Shown here one piece after another: positions 47,730 to 62,131 of a stretch of DNA of 64,000 nt; positions within the stretch are counted from its first letter, which is position 1, and each line of letters opens with the position of its first letter. Where the stretch lies: positions 123,320,001 to 123,384,000 of the forward strand of contig NW_024704742.1 of NCBI RefSeq assembly GCF_018977255.1, in the 5' to 3' direction. The notes below the pieces were generated by a model that was not told the DNA's origin, did no database searches, and saw only the letters and a program-made list of their open reading frames with translations. Source of the DNA: Callorhinchus milii. Taxonomy: Eukaryota. A program made the translations under genes and the position numbers.

Positions 47730-49455
47730 TTATGCTACTGTCTTCACCTTAGAAGACGCTGAAAACTTACCAAGAATAGAAGGGAACCAAGAAAACAATG
47801 TTAGTGAGCAACTTGGGGGAATTAATATCAGTAAAGAAAAGGTTTTAGGTAAATTATCAGGTCTTATAACTGATAAATCTCCTGGACCTGATGGCCTACA
47901 TCCTAGGGTTTTAAAAGAGGTGGCTACTGAGATAGTGGATGGCTTGTCTTTGATCTTCCAAAATTCCCTGGATTCCGGAACGGTTCCCATTGATTGGAAG
48001 ATTGCAAACATAGCACCACTATTTAAGAAGGGTGGGAGAGAAAAGATGGGGAACTATAAACCAGTTAGTCTGACATCAGCGGTAGGGAAAATTCTTGAGT
48101 CCTTAATTAAAGATGTCGTTATGGGATACCTGGAAGATCATAACAAGATTAGGCAGAGTCAACATGGCTTTACAAAAGGGAAGTCATGCTTAACCAATCG
48201 TTTAGAGTTTTTTGAAGATGTATCTAGCAGTTAGATAGGGGGGAACCAGTGGATGTATTATATTTAGATTTTAAAAAGGCATTTGACAAAGTGCCACACA
48301 AAAGGCTATTGTACAAGGTTAAGGCCCACGGGATTAATGGGAACATATTAGCATGGATTGAAGAATGGCTAACGGGTAGAAAACAGAGAGTAGGGATAAA
48401 TGGGTCATTCTCGAATTGGCAGGATGTGACTAGTGGAGTGCCACAAGGATCAGTTCTTGGGCCTCAGCTATTTACAATTTACATCAATGATCTAGACGAG
48501 GACATTGAATGTAACGTATCTCAATTTGTGGATGACACTAAACTAGGTGGGAGAGTAAGCTCTGAGGATGATGCAAAAAGATTGCAACGGGATATAGATA
48601 GGCTAGGGAAGTGGGCGAGTAGGTGGCAGATGGAATTTAATGTGGGGAAGTGTGAAGTTATTCACCTCGGTAGAAAAAATAGAAAAACAGATTATTTTCT
48701 AGAGGGGTAGAGATTAGATAGTGTTAGTGTTCAGAGCTATTTGGGTGTCCTTGTACACCAGTCTCAAAAAGTTAGTTTGCAGGTGCAGCAAACAACTAAG
48801 AAGGCGAACGGCATGTTAGTGTTCATTGCAAAAGGTTTAGAGTACAAGAGTAGGGAAGTCTTGCTGCAACTGTATAGGGCCTTGGTGAGACCGCACCTAG
48901 AGTATTGTGTGCAGTTTTGGTCTCCTTATTTAAAAAAGGACATACTTGCCCTAGAGGGGGTGCAGCGTAGATTCACTAGGTTAGTTCCTGGGATGAGGGG
49001 ACTGACCTTTGAGGATAGGCTGAATAAACTAGGGCTGTATTCTCTAGAGTACAGAAGAATTAGGGGAGATCTTGTTGAAACATATAAGATTCTTAAAGAG
49101 CTGGATAAAGTAGACACTGAGGGTCTGTTTCCCCTGGTAGGAGAATCTATAACCAGGGGTCACAGTCTTAAAATTAAGGGTCAGCCTTTTAGAACAGAGT
49201 TGAGGCAACATTTCTTCACTCAGAGGGTAGTGAATTTATGGAATTCACTACCCCAGAAGGCTGTAGATGCTCAGTCCTTGAACATCTTCAAGGCTGAGAC
49301 TGATAGATTTTTTAAAAATAGAGGGATTAGGGGATATGGGGATAGGGCAGGTAATTAGAGTTAGATCTGAAGATCAGCAATGATCTTATCGAATGGCGGG
49401 GCAGGCTCGAGGGGCCGAATGGCCTACTCCTGCTCCTAATTCTTATGTTATCTTA
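47730..49455 (+). mobile_element. CR1 LINE, 5'-truncated, disrupted RT ORF
   Basis: [68 protein letters not shown]; 3' tail GGCCTACTCCTGCTCCTAATTCTTATGTT. Confidence 0.96.
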
Positions 49456-49751
49456 CATTTAGAAGTTTCATGTGACGGGCCACCAAATATTGCATTTATA
49501 CAGTTTTGATTTAACTCTCGCTGCATCATGCCAATGAGATCAGTCACTTAATTCCAGGGTGCAGTTTCTAGTTTCTCCAGCAGGTCATACTCATTCTTCT
49601 TTTTTAGAAAAAAATGATGGACGTTTTATACAGCTTTTCTTGAATTATTTCCTAGTGGCGTAAAGCTATTTTTTTTGGTGGATAAATGTGCACACTTTAA
49701 ATAAATAACCATTGCTTGGATTGCTGGCCAGGATTCCGAAAGGGGAACGCC

Positions 49752-50575
49752 TTTCTATATGCTCCCCCTTGGTGACATCATCCACAGACATGGGGTCAAT
49801 TTCCACATGTATGCGAATGCCACCCAACGGTACCTCTCTGTCTCCACCCTTGACTCCATGTCTGTCAGACATCAGTACTTGGATGAGAGGCAACTTTCGT
49901 CAGTTGAACGTCAACAAGTCCGAGGCTCTCCTGATTGGCTCCTGTCAGCGCCTCCTCACCTCAGGCGCTGACAGCATCACCATCCATGGTTGCACACTCC
50001 ACCTTGCTAAGCCAGTCCGGAACTTTGGGGTCTTGTTTGACTCTCAACTGGTGCACTATACATATAATTTTGTTGTTGCTGTTGCTTTCCCCCACCTCTG
50101 GAACGTCGCCCGGCTCAGCCATCCCGTGTTCTCTCCTGCACCAGGCTCCTTAACCTACCAGCACCATCCTCGCTTGACTCCACTGGCTTCCCATCACACA
50201 GAGGATACAGTTCAAGATCCTGGTCCTCACCTTCAAAACTCTCCATGGCCTTGCTCTCCCTACCTCTGGGAAGTCCTAACACCCTACCAACCTGCCCACT
50301 CACTCCACTCAGCCTGTTTCATGTCCCCCGCCTCGCCCACCCCACCATTGACAGGTGGGCCTTCAACCACTCTGCCACCACCCTCTGGAACTCCATCCTG
50401 CTGTCCCTCCGTCTCGTCCCCTCCCTTACTTCCTTCAAGACCCATCCCAAGACCCTCCTCTTCAACTGTGCTTTCCTGACCCCCCAGAGCAGGTCTGAAG
50501 CATTGATTGTCCATCGCCTTGGGACGTCCTCCCGATGTGAAAGGCGCTATACAAATGAAATGTTGTTATTGTTGT
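49752..50575 (+). mobile_element. L2 3' fragment, older
   Basis: [31 protein letters not shown]; tail hairpin. Confidence 0.88.
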
Positions 50576-51830
50576 CCTTTCTCTTTTTCAAATAGTACCT
50601 TTAATGTACTTCTGCCGAGAGGCAGATGAAACCTCAATTTAATATCTCATCTGAAGGATGCCACCTCTGACAATAAAGTCCTCCCATAGTATTGTAAAAT
50701 CTGACATGGGGCTTGAACTCACTTTCTTCTGAATTAGACGACATGGTGCTAACAATTGTGCCAGCCTTTATTTCACAAAACTACAGCAACGCACGTTAAA
50801 GCACACAAATCTGAAGAAAAAATCCTGTGTACCTGGTAGGCTGTTTTAAATCCATGTTGCCCACTCCTTGTAGTATCAACGACTTTTAAAAGCATTGATA
50901 ATAATAATAATAATCCTTGCATTTGATATAGCGTCTTATCACGTTGTTGAGACGTCTCAAACTCTTCACAGATTATACTATAAAGTGAAGTGTATGGGCG
51001 AAATTAATAGAATATCATACAATGATCTCTATTTTTTTCCCAAGTATTGATGCTCTGATAGCTGATCGATAAATTACAGGTTTACTTGTCACTCCTTTTT
51101 TCACAAGGGGAAAATATTTTCCACCCTTCATCCTCAGGGTCATGAACCTCCCATATATTATTGCCTATTGCTTTACCCACATCCTGGTGAGTTTACACAT
51201 TTGGGGGATAAGTTATCACTAGAGTTTCACAACTGTAAGAGTAACTTTTACCTGCTGGTTAAAAACCACAGAGAAATGCAGAACAGATGTGTCTTTGATA
51301 AGTTATCTTCAGAGTGATTTATCAGAAAAGCTTTAAACTGAATTGAAAACGAATGTAAGAATGACATTCAAACAGAAAGCAATGAGAGTAAGAAATACAA
51401 ATGAAAAGAGGATTTAAAGACTCATGTAGAAATTTACCAGGGGAATTTGGGGGGCACGAGGGGAAGTAATTCTCCAAATGTTGCCAACATTTCAGAGGTC
51501 AGCAGGGTAAGTTTATATGAATAACATAATTAGAGAAGGGATCAGAGTAGAGATCAGAATGTCAGGTGGGCCTTAACTCTCCCAAAATGGCCACAGGTAT
51601 TCATAACACTAATTGGATAATCATCAACCATCCTGCATCTAATTTGCAATTGTAAGAAAACTGTTTACAATGCAGTCTTTGAAGAAGACAACTTATACCA
51701 CCTGCAAATCTTCGGTCACTAGTGTTAGCAATCATTTGAGTGATAGGCTTCTTGAATTCTTAATTTTTTGTCTTTCTGAAGCCCATCAGTAGATTTCAGT
51801 GGATCAGTTCTCATCCACGGACTCCCTACA

Positions 51831-52207
51831 GGTGGAATCCTAAAGCTATTGGTTAGAGCACTCGCCTTGCAAGCGAGAGGACCTGGGTTTGATTCTCGGG
51901 CAGGGCAAAAGTTTTCTTATGCCACACGCCTCTGTTTACCTAGCAGTAAGTAGGAATACAGTTGTTAGTTGATTGGCAGATTGCTTTTTTGAGGTTAATA
52001 ACCCCTTCAATTTTTTAAAAAATAATACTTTGGTCACTTAATCCACAACTGTTTGTGGGACACTGTTGTGTGCAATTGGCTGCTGTATTTCACCCATAAA
52101 ATGTACAGTCAAATCAGTTTACAGTATATTCTGTGAAATGCTTTGAGACGTCCCAATAGACGTGATAAGGCACTATATCAAAAGAAAGGATTATTATTAT
52201 TATTATT
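51831..52207 (+). mobile_element. tRNA-derived SINE, long form
   Basis: Collinear with 1089-1448; (TTA)n tail. Confidence 0.85.
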
Positions 52208-53884
52208 CTAAAAACAGAGAGTTCAGTTTTCAAAAGGCTTTAAAGAACTGAGGAGAGAACTGTGGTGAAAATATTGCTCAAGACAAGACGCTATGTATTG
52301 TGTAACTATTATGGAAACTGACAAGAACATTACTGTATTTTCAGTAGGTTTCCATAGGATTTGTGAAACATATGTGCCTGACTATTTGGTGACTTATTGT
52401 GGTCAAAGTTCTTTATAAACAATACTCTCCTCTTCCTCTCCTGGAATTCGTTAGAAATTCGTCAGTTCCACAAGTGTCGCTTTTGGTCTGGAACCCCACC
52501 TTTGCGTCATGTGTGAGCCGTGCAATGAATGTTGAAGGCCGTTCAACCACAGAGAATATCACACCAAGCCAGTCCTCAACTGGTTTAAACGCTCCGAGAC
52601 ACTGCCCCACGTGAAGGGCACTACATAAATTCAAAGTTGTTGTTATTGATGTGCATTCTTGGCACTTTCCAAGACTCGCTGGATAGTCATCTGAATCTTA
52701 GCTTTAAAATTGTTGAGTTAATATTTAAAATTGTTCTGAATTTTCTGAAAATTCATAGAATTGGCCTAAATTTGGAAAGTGGTTGGTGGGTTGGTTCTCC
52801 CTAGTTCTTTTAAAAAAATCTTCAAAGAAATACAGAAAATAATCTTCCAAATTAAGGCTGAATTTAGGAATTTTCCAGAATTAAGCAGAAACTTAATTTT
52901 TTTTGACATATAAAATTAGTGCGAAGACAATGATAAATTCTGTGTCTGAGGTAGGGGGAAGGCTGGCTGATATTTCTCAGCCCCCACATTCCTCCACAAT
53001 CCCCCCACCCCCCACCAACCCTCCCCTCACCACTGGCACAAGAAGGTTAGTCACATTATGATACATAATTTCATTCCTAGAACCCACATGAATCGAGTGG
53101 GAGACAAATTCATGTAATTTTGCATGACTTCTGAAACCCCACCTTCTTTAGGTGAAATCAATGGAATGAAGTCCAGTAACATTACAAAAAAAACTACAGA
53201 ACTCGGTATGTGTTTCAACAAAATCTGTTTTGACGATTTCCTCCAAATTTCACTGCTTTCAAATTGTTTTGTTGATAGAGAATTGCACGAAATTTGGACC
53301 CTTTAGTACTTTTGGTTTAAAATAAAAGCTTTGAAGCTCAGAACCGAGATAAGAGAAAATGCTTTTAGAAATGCGCGTACAAGTATTGGCTTGCATTGCC
53401 ATACATTTGCATGCACATCGGGCACCCTCCCAATTTTCAAATAGCAAAATGTGAATCTTGTAACAGATCCAAATCCAGGTGCATAAAGAAAGAATATTCA
53501 AACAGTGCAGTACATACTTATTTCCTACATGAGCCCTGACATCTGACACATTTTGAAAGACTCCAACTCCCTGACACGTCTCAGTCGGTAAGAAGACTTC
53601 ATCGGTTCATTTATTCACTCTGAAATATTTTTTAAATTTTTTTAACTGGATCAGTTGGGATTTACTAATGGATTATTATTATTAGACATAAAATGTTGGC
53701 TAGATATCACCAAAACACTTTGATTTTGCAATGCGACGGAGCAACAATACTCAGGGAAGATTTACGCAGCTGAAATTACCTCTTTCCTCCTTGTTTGTTT
53801 CACCCTACGTCAGCCAGTAGCACTCTCGCCTCTAGGTCAGAAGGTTGTGGGTTCAAGTCCCACATCTAGACTTTGAGCTTTGAG

Positions 53885-54220
53885 CCTGTCCGCTCCCTCT
53901 GCTCAGAGGACACCAGTCTGCTTCAAGTCCCCCGGACTTCCTGCCTCACCATTGGCAGTCGGGCATTCAGCATCTCTTCCCCCAAACCCTGGAACTCTAT
54001 CCTGCAATCCCTCCATTTCACCCCTTCTCTTGCCTCCTTCAAGTCCCGTCTAAAGACCCTCCTCTTCGACCGTGCCTTCGGCCACCCTCCCACCCCTATT
54101 GCCCCTGCCCTCCATCCCTCCTGACCCCAACTCCCAGCTTGGGTGCAAAAACCCTGATTGTCCAGCGCTCTGGGACATCTTTCCAATGTGAAGGGTGCTG
54201 TACAACTATAATTTGTTGTT
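53885..54220 (+). mobile_element. L2 3' fragment, preceded by a SINE head (about 53810-53875)
   Basis: [29 protein letters not shown]; tail hairpin. Confidence 0.8.
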
Positions 54221-55089
54221 GATTACAGTAAATCCTGTGAAGTGCTTAGAGACATTGCCCTAAAGTGAAAAGTGCTGTATCAAATGTAATTATTATTATT
54301 ATTATTATTATGCTTATTGGATCTAAAAAGGAGGGAGTTTGGAATCAGAAAAAAGCCTGTGTGAGAAACCATTATATACAATTCTAGAGTTTGAGTCCCA
54401 ACTCTGTAACTGTGGACACTAGTGATATAGGGTACTATACAGAGGCCGCTCTTGCTGTAGGCAAAGAAGGCAGCTGCCTAGGTCAGCAGATTTTTGGAAG
54501 AAGCAATTTTTTTTGAATGACCATCAAAATTGAGACAAGAACGAAATGAGCTTTATTAAAGATTGCTAACTGTCGCTAAGCTAAGCAAGCTCGGGGGGGC
54601 TTCAGTGAGTGCCACGGGCTAGTGGTGGGCTGTCTGTGTCGCTGTTCTACTGTACTTGCTGGATCTAGACAATGTGGTTAGAGATTTTGCTAAAGCAAAG
54701 AAGGCAAGGGAAGTCCTGTTATACTGATTGCCACAGTGACCTTCTGACAATCTGGTCAGTGAGATGTGCATGGGGAGAGGTGCATATCTGCATTTTCATT
54801 GGAAGCTCTCACATGCTTCAGAGTATTTTTATATTAACTTGATGCAACTTGCATAAGTCTTTGGAACAACAGAAACTATTGCATCATGTATGTTGTAAGT
54901 GTTTTATGGTAAATTCATCTCACTTATGTGAAAGCCGTCGAACTACTAAGGGTTTAGGAGTGGGAGGGGCACACTGAGGTTTTCACTGTTGTCTTCAGCA
55001 GCCTCTGTCTAGACAGGTATATCTAACAGTCATAATGTGTGGTGAGAAATGATGTGGATGTGAAAATGTACATTTAGTATCTACAAACA

Positions 55090-56025
55090 GGATGGTTGGG
55101 GGGATTAGGAGGTCAGAGAGCTAGGGGGGAGCAAGATTGTGGAGGTGAGGAACAGGATCTTGAACTGTATTCTCTGTGTGATGGGAAGCCAGTGGAGTTG
55201 GGCAAGGATGGGGGTGATAAGGTCACGGAGCCTTGCGGGAGAGGACACGGGCTGCAGAGTTCTGGATGATCTGCAGCCTGTGGAGGGAGGAGTTGGGGAG
55301 GCCGACAAGCAGTGAGTTTGCGTAGTCGAGCTTTGAAGTAATGGAGGCCTGTATGAGGGTTTTGGTGGCCCGTGGTCTGAGACAGTGTCGGAGCCAGGCG
55401 ACATTGCAGAGGTGGGGGAAGGCAGAGCCTATCATGGTGCAGATGTGGGGTAGAAAGGATAGTTGAGGGTCAAACAAGACCCCAAGGTTCCGGACTGGCT
55501 CAGCAAGGTGGGGTGTGCAACCATGGATGGTGATGCTGTCAGCGACTGAGGTGAGGAGGTGCTGACGGGAGCCAATCAGGAGAACCTCAGTCTTGTTGAC
55601 GTTCAACCAAAGAAAGTTAGCTCTCATTCAGGACTTGATGTCTGACAGACATTCTGTCAGCACAGCAGTGCTCCTGGAGTCAAGGGTGGAGGCAGAGAGG
55701 TACAGCTGGGTGTCATCCGCATGCATGTGGAAGTTGACCCCATGTCTGCGGACGATGTCACCAAGAGGGAGCATATAGATATTGAAGAGGAGGGGACCAA
55801 GGGCAGAGCCCTGAGGAACGCAACACGAGATGGTCCGGGGACTAGAGGAGAAGCCGTTTGTGGAGATGAAGTGCAGGTGGTGTGAGAGGTATGATCTGAA
55901 CCAATCAAGGACAGCGTCATGGAGGTTGAGCTGAAAGGAGAGGCGGTGGATCAGGATAGAGCGGTCGACGGTAGCGAAAGCAGCAGAGAGATCAAGGAGG
56001 ACAAGGAGGCAGAAGGAACCCTGTG
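55090..56025 (-). mobile_element. L2 RT fragment, older subfamily lacking the shared frameshift
   Basis: [48 protein letters not shown] in one frame. Confidence 0.9.
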
Positions 56026-56319
56026 ATAAGCTCACATTGCTAATGTAAGTAACTTTACTGACTTGAAAGGAATCAAATGTCCTTGCACAACAAGGTTGAT
56101 ATTTTGATCCAAGGTATAATATGAATTTTACTTCTCACTGTCCCTTTAAAATTTCCCGTTCACATCAACAGGTACCTTATTCTATCTCATTCAACTGTGA
56201 ATGTGTAATCGATTTATGGCTATTCTCGGAGCTGCTTTGGATCCTGTGATCATCCAAAAGGGAATTGGTCCTGTCTGTCTATAAGGTCTTCATTATCTGT
56301 CTGCCTATCTGTGTGTCAA

Positions 56320-56800
56320 CAAGAACAACCACAAATTACGGTTATTTACTACCTTTCATGTCAGGATGAAGTCCCAAGGCACTTGATGGTCAAGGGTTTG
56401 CACCCAAGCTGGGGGTTGGAATCAAGAGTGGTGTGGGCCAAAGGAGAAGAGGGTGGGAGGATATCTGAAGGTGCGGTCATAAAGGAAGGTCTTGAGACAA
56501 GGCAAAGGGATTCTGGGATGGAGTTCCAGAGGGTGGGGACAGAAATGCTGAAGGGCCAACCGCTGCTGGTGGAGTGGGCAGGGTGGGGGACATGGAGCAG
56601 GCCAGTGCCTGCAGAGCTAAGGAAGTGGGAAGGTTGTTATGGTGTTAGTAGGTCACAGAGGTAGTGAAGAGCAAGACCATGGAGAGCTTTGAAACTGAGG
56701 ACCAGGATCTTAACCTTGATCCCCTGGGGGATTGGGAGCCAGTCAATCCAGACGAAGGTGGGGGTGATGGTTTCATGGTGCTTGGTGCAGGAGAGGACAC
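56320..56800 (-). mobile_element. L2 3' fragment, old
   Basis: Decayed WLPIPQGIKVKILV motif and tail. Confidence 0.7.
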
Positions 56801-57020
56801 TTTTGATCTCTCAATCCCTCTATTTCTCAATCTCTTAGTTTCTTGTTTCTCTTCCTCTTCCCCTCTCTCTACCAAGTTAAAATAATTGAGTCAACTTTGG
56901 TCACTGGCGACTTTAGCTATCATTCTGCTTCTCTAGGTTGAGGTCTGCTGACAATAGCCGCAATGATTGCTTAAGTGTGATGTTAAATTTAAAATCCCTC
57001 ATATGAGAAGTTAAACCAAG

Positions 57021-57345
57021 GTGGAGTCCTGTAGGTCAGTGGTTAGAGCACTCGCTTTGCAAGTGAGAGACCTGAGTTCAATTCCAGGCAGGGCGAAACC
57101 TTGGGCAAGTTTCCTTACTCCACACACCTAATAATAATCCCTCCAAAAAACAAAAACAATAATAAATTGGTCATTTTCAATCCACGACTGTTTGTGGGAC
57201 ATTGCTGTGCGCAATTGGCTGCCGTGTTCGCCCATAAAACACATAGTAACTCACTTTACAGTATAAACTGTGAGGCACTTTGAGCATCCTCCCAATGTGA
57301 AGGGCAATTCACCAAATGTAAGGATTATTATTTTTATTTTATTAT
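57021..57345 (+). mobile_element. tRNA-derived SINE, short form
   Basis: Collinear with 11419-11737. Confidence 0.9.
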
Positions 57346-60300
57346 TAAAATAGCTAGGGTTTGGAGAAAATTCAAGTTTTTTTATGATTGCAATTTGAAA
57401 ATCACTGATATTTCTTTTAAACAGAGGCAGGAAAACAGTAACACAATGTCTGTTATGTTAATGGTGTTGCCATTTCCTGTCTATGGGAGTGTAAGAATCC
57501 AATTATAGCCTTGGGACAAAGGTGAAGAAAAAATATCCTTTGCATATGTATTGTTCTTGATGTAGATTTTTTTTCAGTTAGCAAAAAGTATGACACATGC
57601 TTACGGTATCCAACCCACGTATGTGAGAATCCCACGTATGTGGGCCATTTACTCTTCAAAATGTCTTTGAGTCTCAATGGAGTAAACACTGCAGAAAAAA
57701 TTACCCCACTCACCTCATTTCTAGAAAGTATTAGGAATTAGGAACAGGTTGGCAGGAGCCAAGAGTGAGGGCCCTAAAGGAGGTGTTAAAAACACATAGC
57801 TTGCCATTGAAAGCAAGCTTTCCTGCTGCTTATCCAACTTGGATTAACCCTGTCTAGTAGGACTTTGGCTTGCAGTGTTAGCAGGACCTGGGTGGGAAGA
57901 ATGCTTGCTTCCATATACTGATCCACCTCTCCAAGTCCTGCCAATGAGCCTGTCTGGCTTGCCTGTCATCAACAGAGGTCCGGAATACTTGGCTCAAGAA
58001 CCACATGACCAAGAGCATCACAGAATACTGTCTTGATTCTGATATTCTATTGCCAGGCACATACATCACCTTGGAGCCAGCTCCGCCCAAGGACCTTACT
58101 TCTAAGGTCCTTGGGCGGAGCTTACTTCTAAGTAAGGTCTTCGGGCTAAGTGGAGTACAAGAAGATCAGAGTGCAAAGAGATGCTAAGCCATGGAGGAAT
58201 TTATAGATGAGGGTGAGTATCTCGAGTTGATCTATTGGGAGCCTGGGAGCCAGTGCAGTCTGGTGAGGAGTTTAGCATGTGGAGTTTAGTATATTTGAGG
58301 GTGTGAGTAGTGAGAATGTGAGTGGTGGAGTTTGGGATTAGCTGGATTTTGGGATTAGCAGATGATGGAACTATGGAGACTGGCAAGCAATGTATCATTG
58401 AAGTCAAGGCAGAAGGTAACAAGAAACTCCACCTACATCAATTTTCTTCAGAAATAATGTACCAAAGAGATTCAAAGTCTATTGTAGTAAAACCATTTAC
58501 GTTCTGCAGACCTATCTCCCCTGGGAAGTGAGGTGAAACTGGGTAAACTCAGTGTGGGATCCTTTCTGCTGAGAGAGAACACCACCACTCACAGCTGGAT
58601 TAAGCTGATAAAGCAGCTTGCTATCAAACCACATTGTCCAGAAAACTTTTCTTGTGGTTTCAATAAACAATATATACAATTCATCAAAATTTGATGCATG
58701 TTGATACCAACATTTCTACATGCAACACAAACCTTTAACCTTGTGATTTGGATCTTTACTGGAAACTTCAAGTTAGCTTCAAGTGGTTACATTGCTCAGG
58801 AAATGATCATTAACTTGCTTTGCACTAAATGAAGATTTTATAAAACTTGGCAGCCATGATAACAGACCGCCGAATGTTTTATACAAACAGGAACTCAGTA
58901 ATGCCACCATTGTTTCACTGCAACCGACAAGGTTACGCAAGTTCTAATGCTATCTAAATAATCTGAAGTACAGTTTCAATGGTGTGAAATATGTGCTATT
59001 TTGCAATATGTTCAATGTGATATTTATTACCACTGATAAGTAAATTGCCTTTTTATGCGATAGAATTGCATGGAATTACATGGGCCGTTACAGCATGGAA
59101 ACAGGGCATTTGGCTCAACTAGTCCATGTCAATGTTTATACTCTACATGAGCTTCCGCCTCTCCTAATCCCCTCTCCAATACCCCTCCATTACCTCTCCC
59201 TCAAGTATGCATATGACAGATTGCAATGCATCCTATGAAGCATTTGGAGACTCCTCCCTAACGCTTTGGGGTATCACCTTGATGTGAAAGGCACAATATC
59301 TATTCCAAGGATTATTATTATTTTCCCCTGCTGGTTGTTCATTTCATCAGATTGGGGTGCAGAAGAAGCATGAATAATTACTGACAACCAGAGAATGAAC
59401 CCTTCATTATCCAGGTGCAGGATATACTTGGGCATGATTTAAAATGCAGAAGTATTTTGCGGAAAGACTGCCTTTTTAATGTAACCACAGCTTTTATCCA
59501 TTACCTTAATGCGTTTAGGCTTAGAAAGGGCTATAAGTAACTGGCAACATTTCATGTTCTATGCCATTCCTGGCTCAGATGGAAATAAAGTTTCATTGGA
59601 AATTTGTGACAATACTACACATCTCTATTGATATCTATTTGACGTTAATTGCTCCATTGATGTGTTAACATAGGGTGTAATAAAAATAATAATAATAAAA
59701 ATCCTTGCATTGATACAGCACCTTTCACATCAGAAAATGCCTCAAAACGCTTTACAGGATAAACTCTAAAGCAAAGTGACTGTATATGTGTTCCAGGCAA
59801 ACACTCCTGCCAATTTGCACATAACAATGTTCCACAAATAATCATGTAAGTGAATGACTAATTTTATTTGGAAGCTTATTATTCAGCACACAGAAGGAAA
59901 CTCTCTTCTGTTTATGATTAGTGCAATGGTATCATAAACATCCATCAGAACAGGCAGCCAAGGCCTTGGATTACTATCTCATCGCAAATAGTGAAGTAAG
60001 ACTTGAACCACAGCCTCTGCTCAGAGACAAAAGTGCCTCAATTCAAGACAAACTATCTAGCATTTTTAAATTGCATTCGCACAACAGAACAATGAAAACA
60101 ATTGTTTGCTCGCAGAACCCTAGCATTCTCCCTCAGCCTCTACACCATGACATAATTGCTGACTCTAGCCACCTGATAAATTGTTAGCCTGTACATACTT
60201 TCAGAATTTCAGCATTTAAATCCTTTTTATATTCAAACCTCCCAGCTTGCTGGCTGCAGCTAACAACAACAACAACAACTTGGATTTATATAGCACCCTC

Positions 60301-61557
60301 CACACCGGACTGCGTCTCAGAGCACTTTGAGCTAACTGAGCCAGAGCATTATTTGGGGATTTTGCTTGACCACAGCTTTGTTTTGACCCCTAGATCCAGG
60401 AAACAAGTCACTTGGCAACCAGTCTTGTGCTAGCGTTTATACTCCACATGAGCACCCACCCACCTATTCCCCTCTCTGTACTCATCTATTCTCATCTCCC
60501 TAATGCATGACGTTTTCTCTTAAATACATTAATACTAGTTGCTTTAACCATAGCTTTTAGGAGTGAGTTCCACATTTTCCACTCTTTGGGTGATAAAGTT
60601 CCTCCTAAACGCCCTATTAGACCTATGATTAGCTGTCTTTATGTTCTCTAGTTTTGGACTCAACAAGTGGTAACAACCTATGAGCATCCATTATGTGTCT
60701 CTACCTCAGGTGCTATAAAAGTCCAAGTTGTTGTTAATGAAATTTGTCATAAGAACTATGAACTACAGTCAAATGTATATTATTTCTACACAATCTGTAG
60801 TTGTAAATGTATATAATATTATTTCCACACAGTCTATCGTTGCGCTTTATTTATTGTTTGGCAGAGGACTGGTGGGTTATGGGAAAGAAAGAAAAATTCC
60901 TGACAAAACAATTCAAGGTTGGTGTGTATCTAATAATTCTTCCCAGAACAGTTAATGTATTTCATCCAAACCTATGTTAATGGGTGTGATTGCTTGGAAG
61001 TACCGGGAGTCATCTGGGAAATTGTCTGATCTCTGCCAATGCACTTGAAATGCCTGCTTGCAGCCTCGATGTAATCCTTAATGGGAGGAGCTGATGAGCT
61101 GTAGATAGGGACTAACTACAGCACTCTGCTTCCTACTGTCTAAAGGATTCCCAACCCAGGAGGCACTGTTACAGTAACCTAATAGCTGATGAACCTGACT
61201 GGCATGATTTGAAAGTGACATTGCAAAGAATGAGAAGGTCTGTAGTCGCTTTGCTCTGTGTTATTTTAACCTCGCAGTTTCATTGTGCATGTCAATGAAC
61301 CACAAATGCATGCTTAGAACTGCACTAACGCAAACTAAAAGTAAAATGACTACTGCAGTCCGCTGCAAATGTTTAATACAGGATACGCGACTTACTGAAT
61401 GCTGTTACCCTCAAGAGACAGACCAACGAGTCAGAGGATAATCATAACCTGGAATGGCGTACCAGGAAGCACTGTAGAAAACAAGAGATCTAAATTCACT
61501 TATTTAAAAATATCTGACGCTGGAAGATGGCAAGGTTGATGATGGTAAGATACATCT

Positions 61558-62032
61558 GGAAACCCATCACCATGCTTAAGAGTATCTAAACCAAATTGAG
61601 AATTTCATGCATCCCACAGACACATGAAAATTCCAGAGATAACTTGTTGGAATGGAGTGAGTACTCTCTCCATGGAGGGGTGCATCCTGTTTACCTAATT
61701 CCAATAAGTATTAGGCACAGGTTGGCTAGAGCCAAGGATTGAGGATCTCAGAATACGTGTTGGGGACCTGGGTAAAACTTTCCATTGATATCGCTGTCTG
61801 GCAAACTTTTCCGCTGCTTGTCCAGCTAAGACACCCTACCCATTAGGACTTTGGCTTGCAGGGTTAACAGGAGCTGAGTGGGATGACTCCCTGCCCTCAG
61901 TGACTGGTCTGCCTTCCAGGACCTGTCGATGAGCAGGCTAGCTGTGCTGTCATCAGAGGTGGCCTGGAACACTGTGGACCTGTCAGGCTCAGGAACCAGA
62001 CTAGAAACTGTCACAGAGGGCTGGCTCGATTC
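61558..62032. repeat. Unclassified ~500 bp repeat, copy with both ends
   Basis: Shares start (GGAAA.CCATCACCA..CTTAAGAGTATC) and end (CACAGAGGGCTGGCTCGATTC) with 5143-5635. Confidence 0.82.
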
Positions 62033-62131
62033 CGACGATAGTCAAATAGAGTTCAAATAAGTCAAAGCAACTCTACCACTAGGTTTTGTGATGTGGGAGC
62101 TTTGACAGTGAGTGTTGGCAGGCAGTTTCAA

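Noticed and set aside
57614..57644. CCCACGTATGTG direct repeat x2
   Set aside because: Only two short units; a simple local duplication, not an array.
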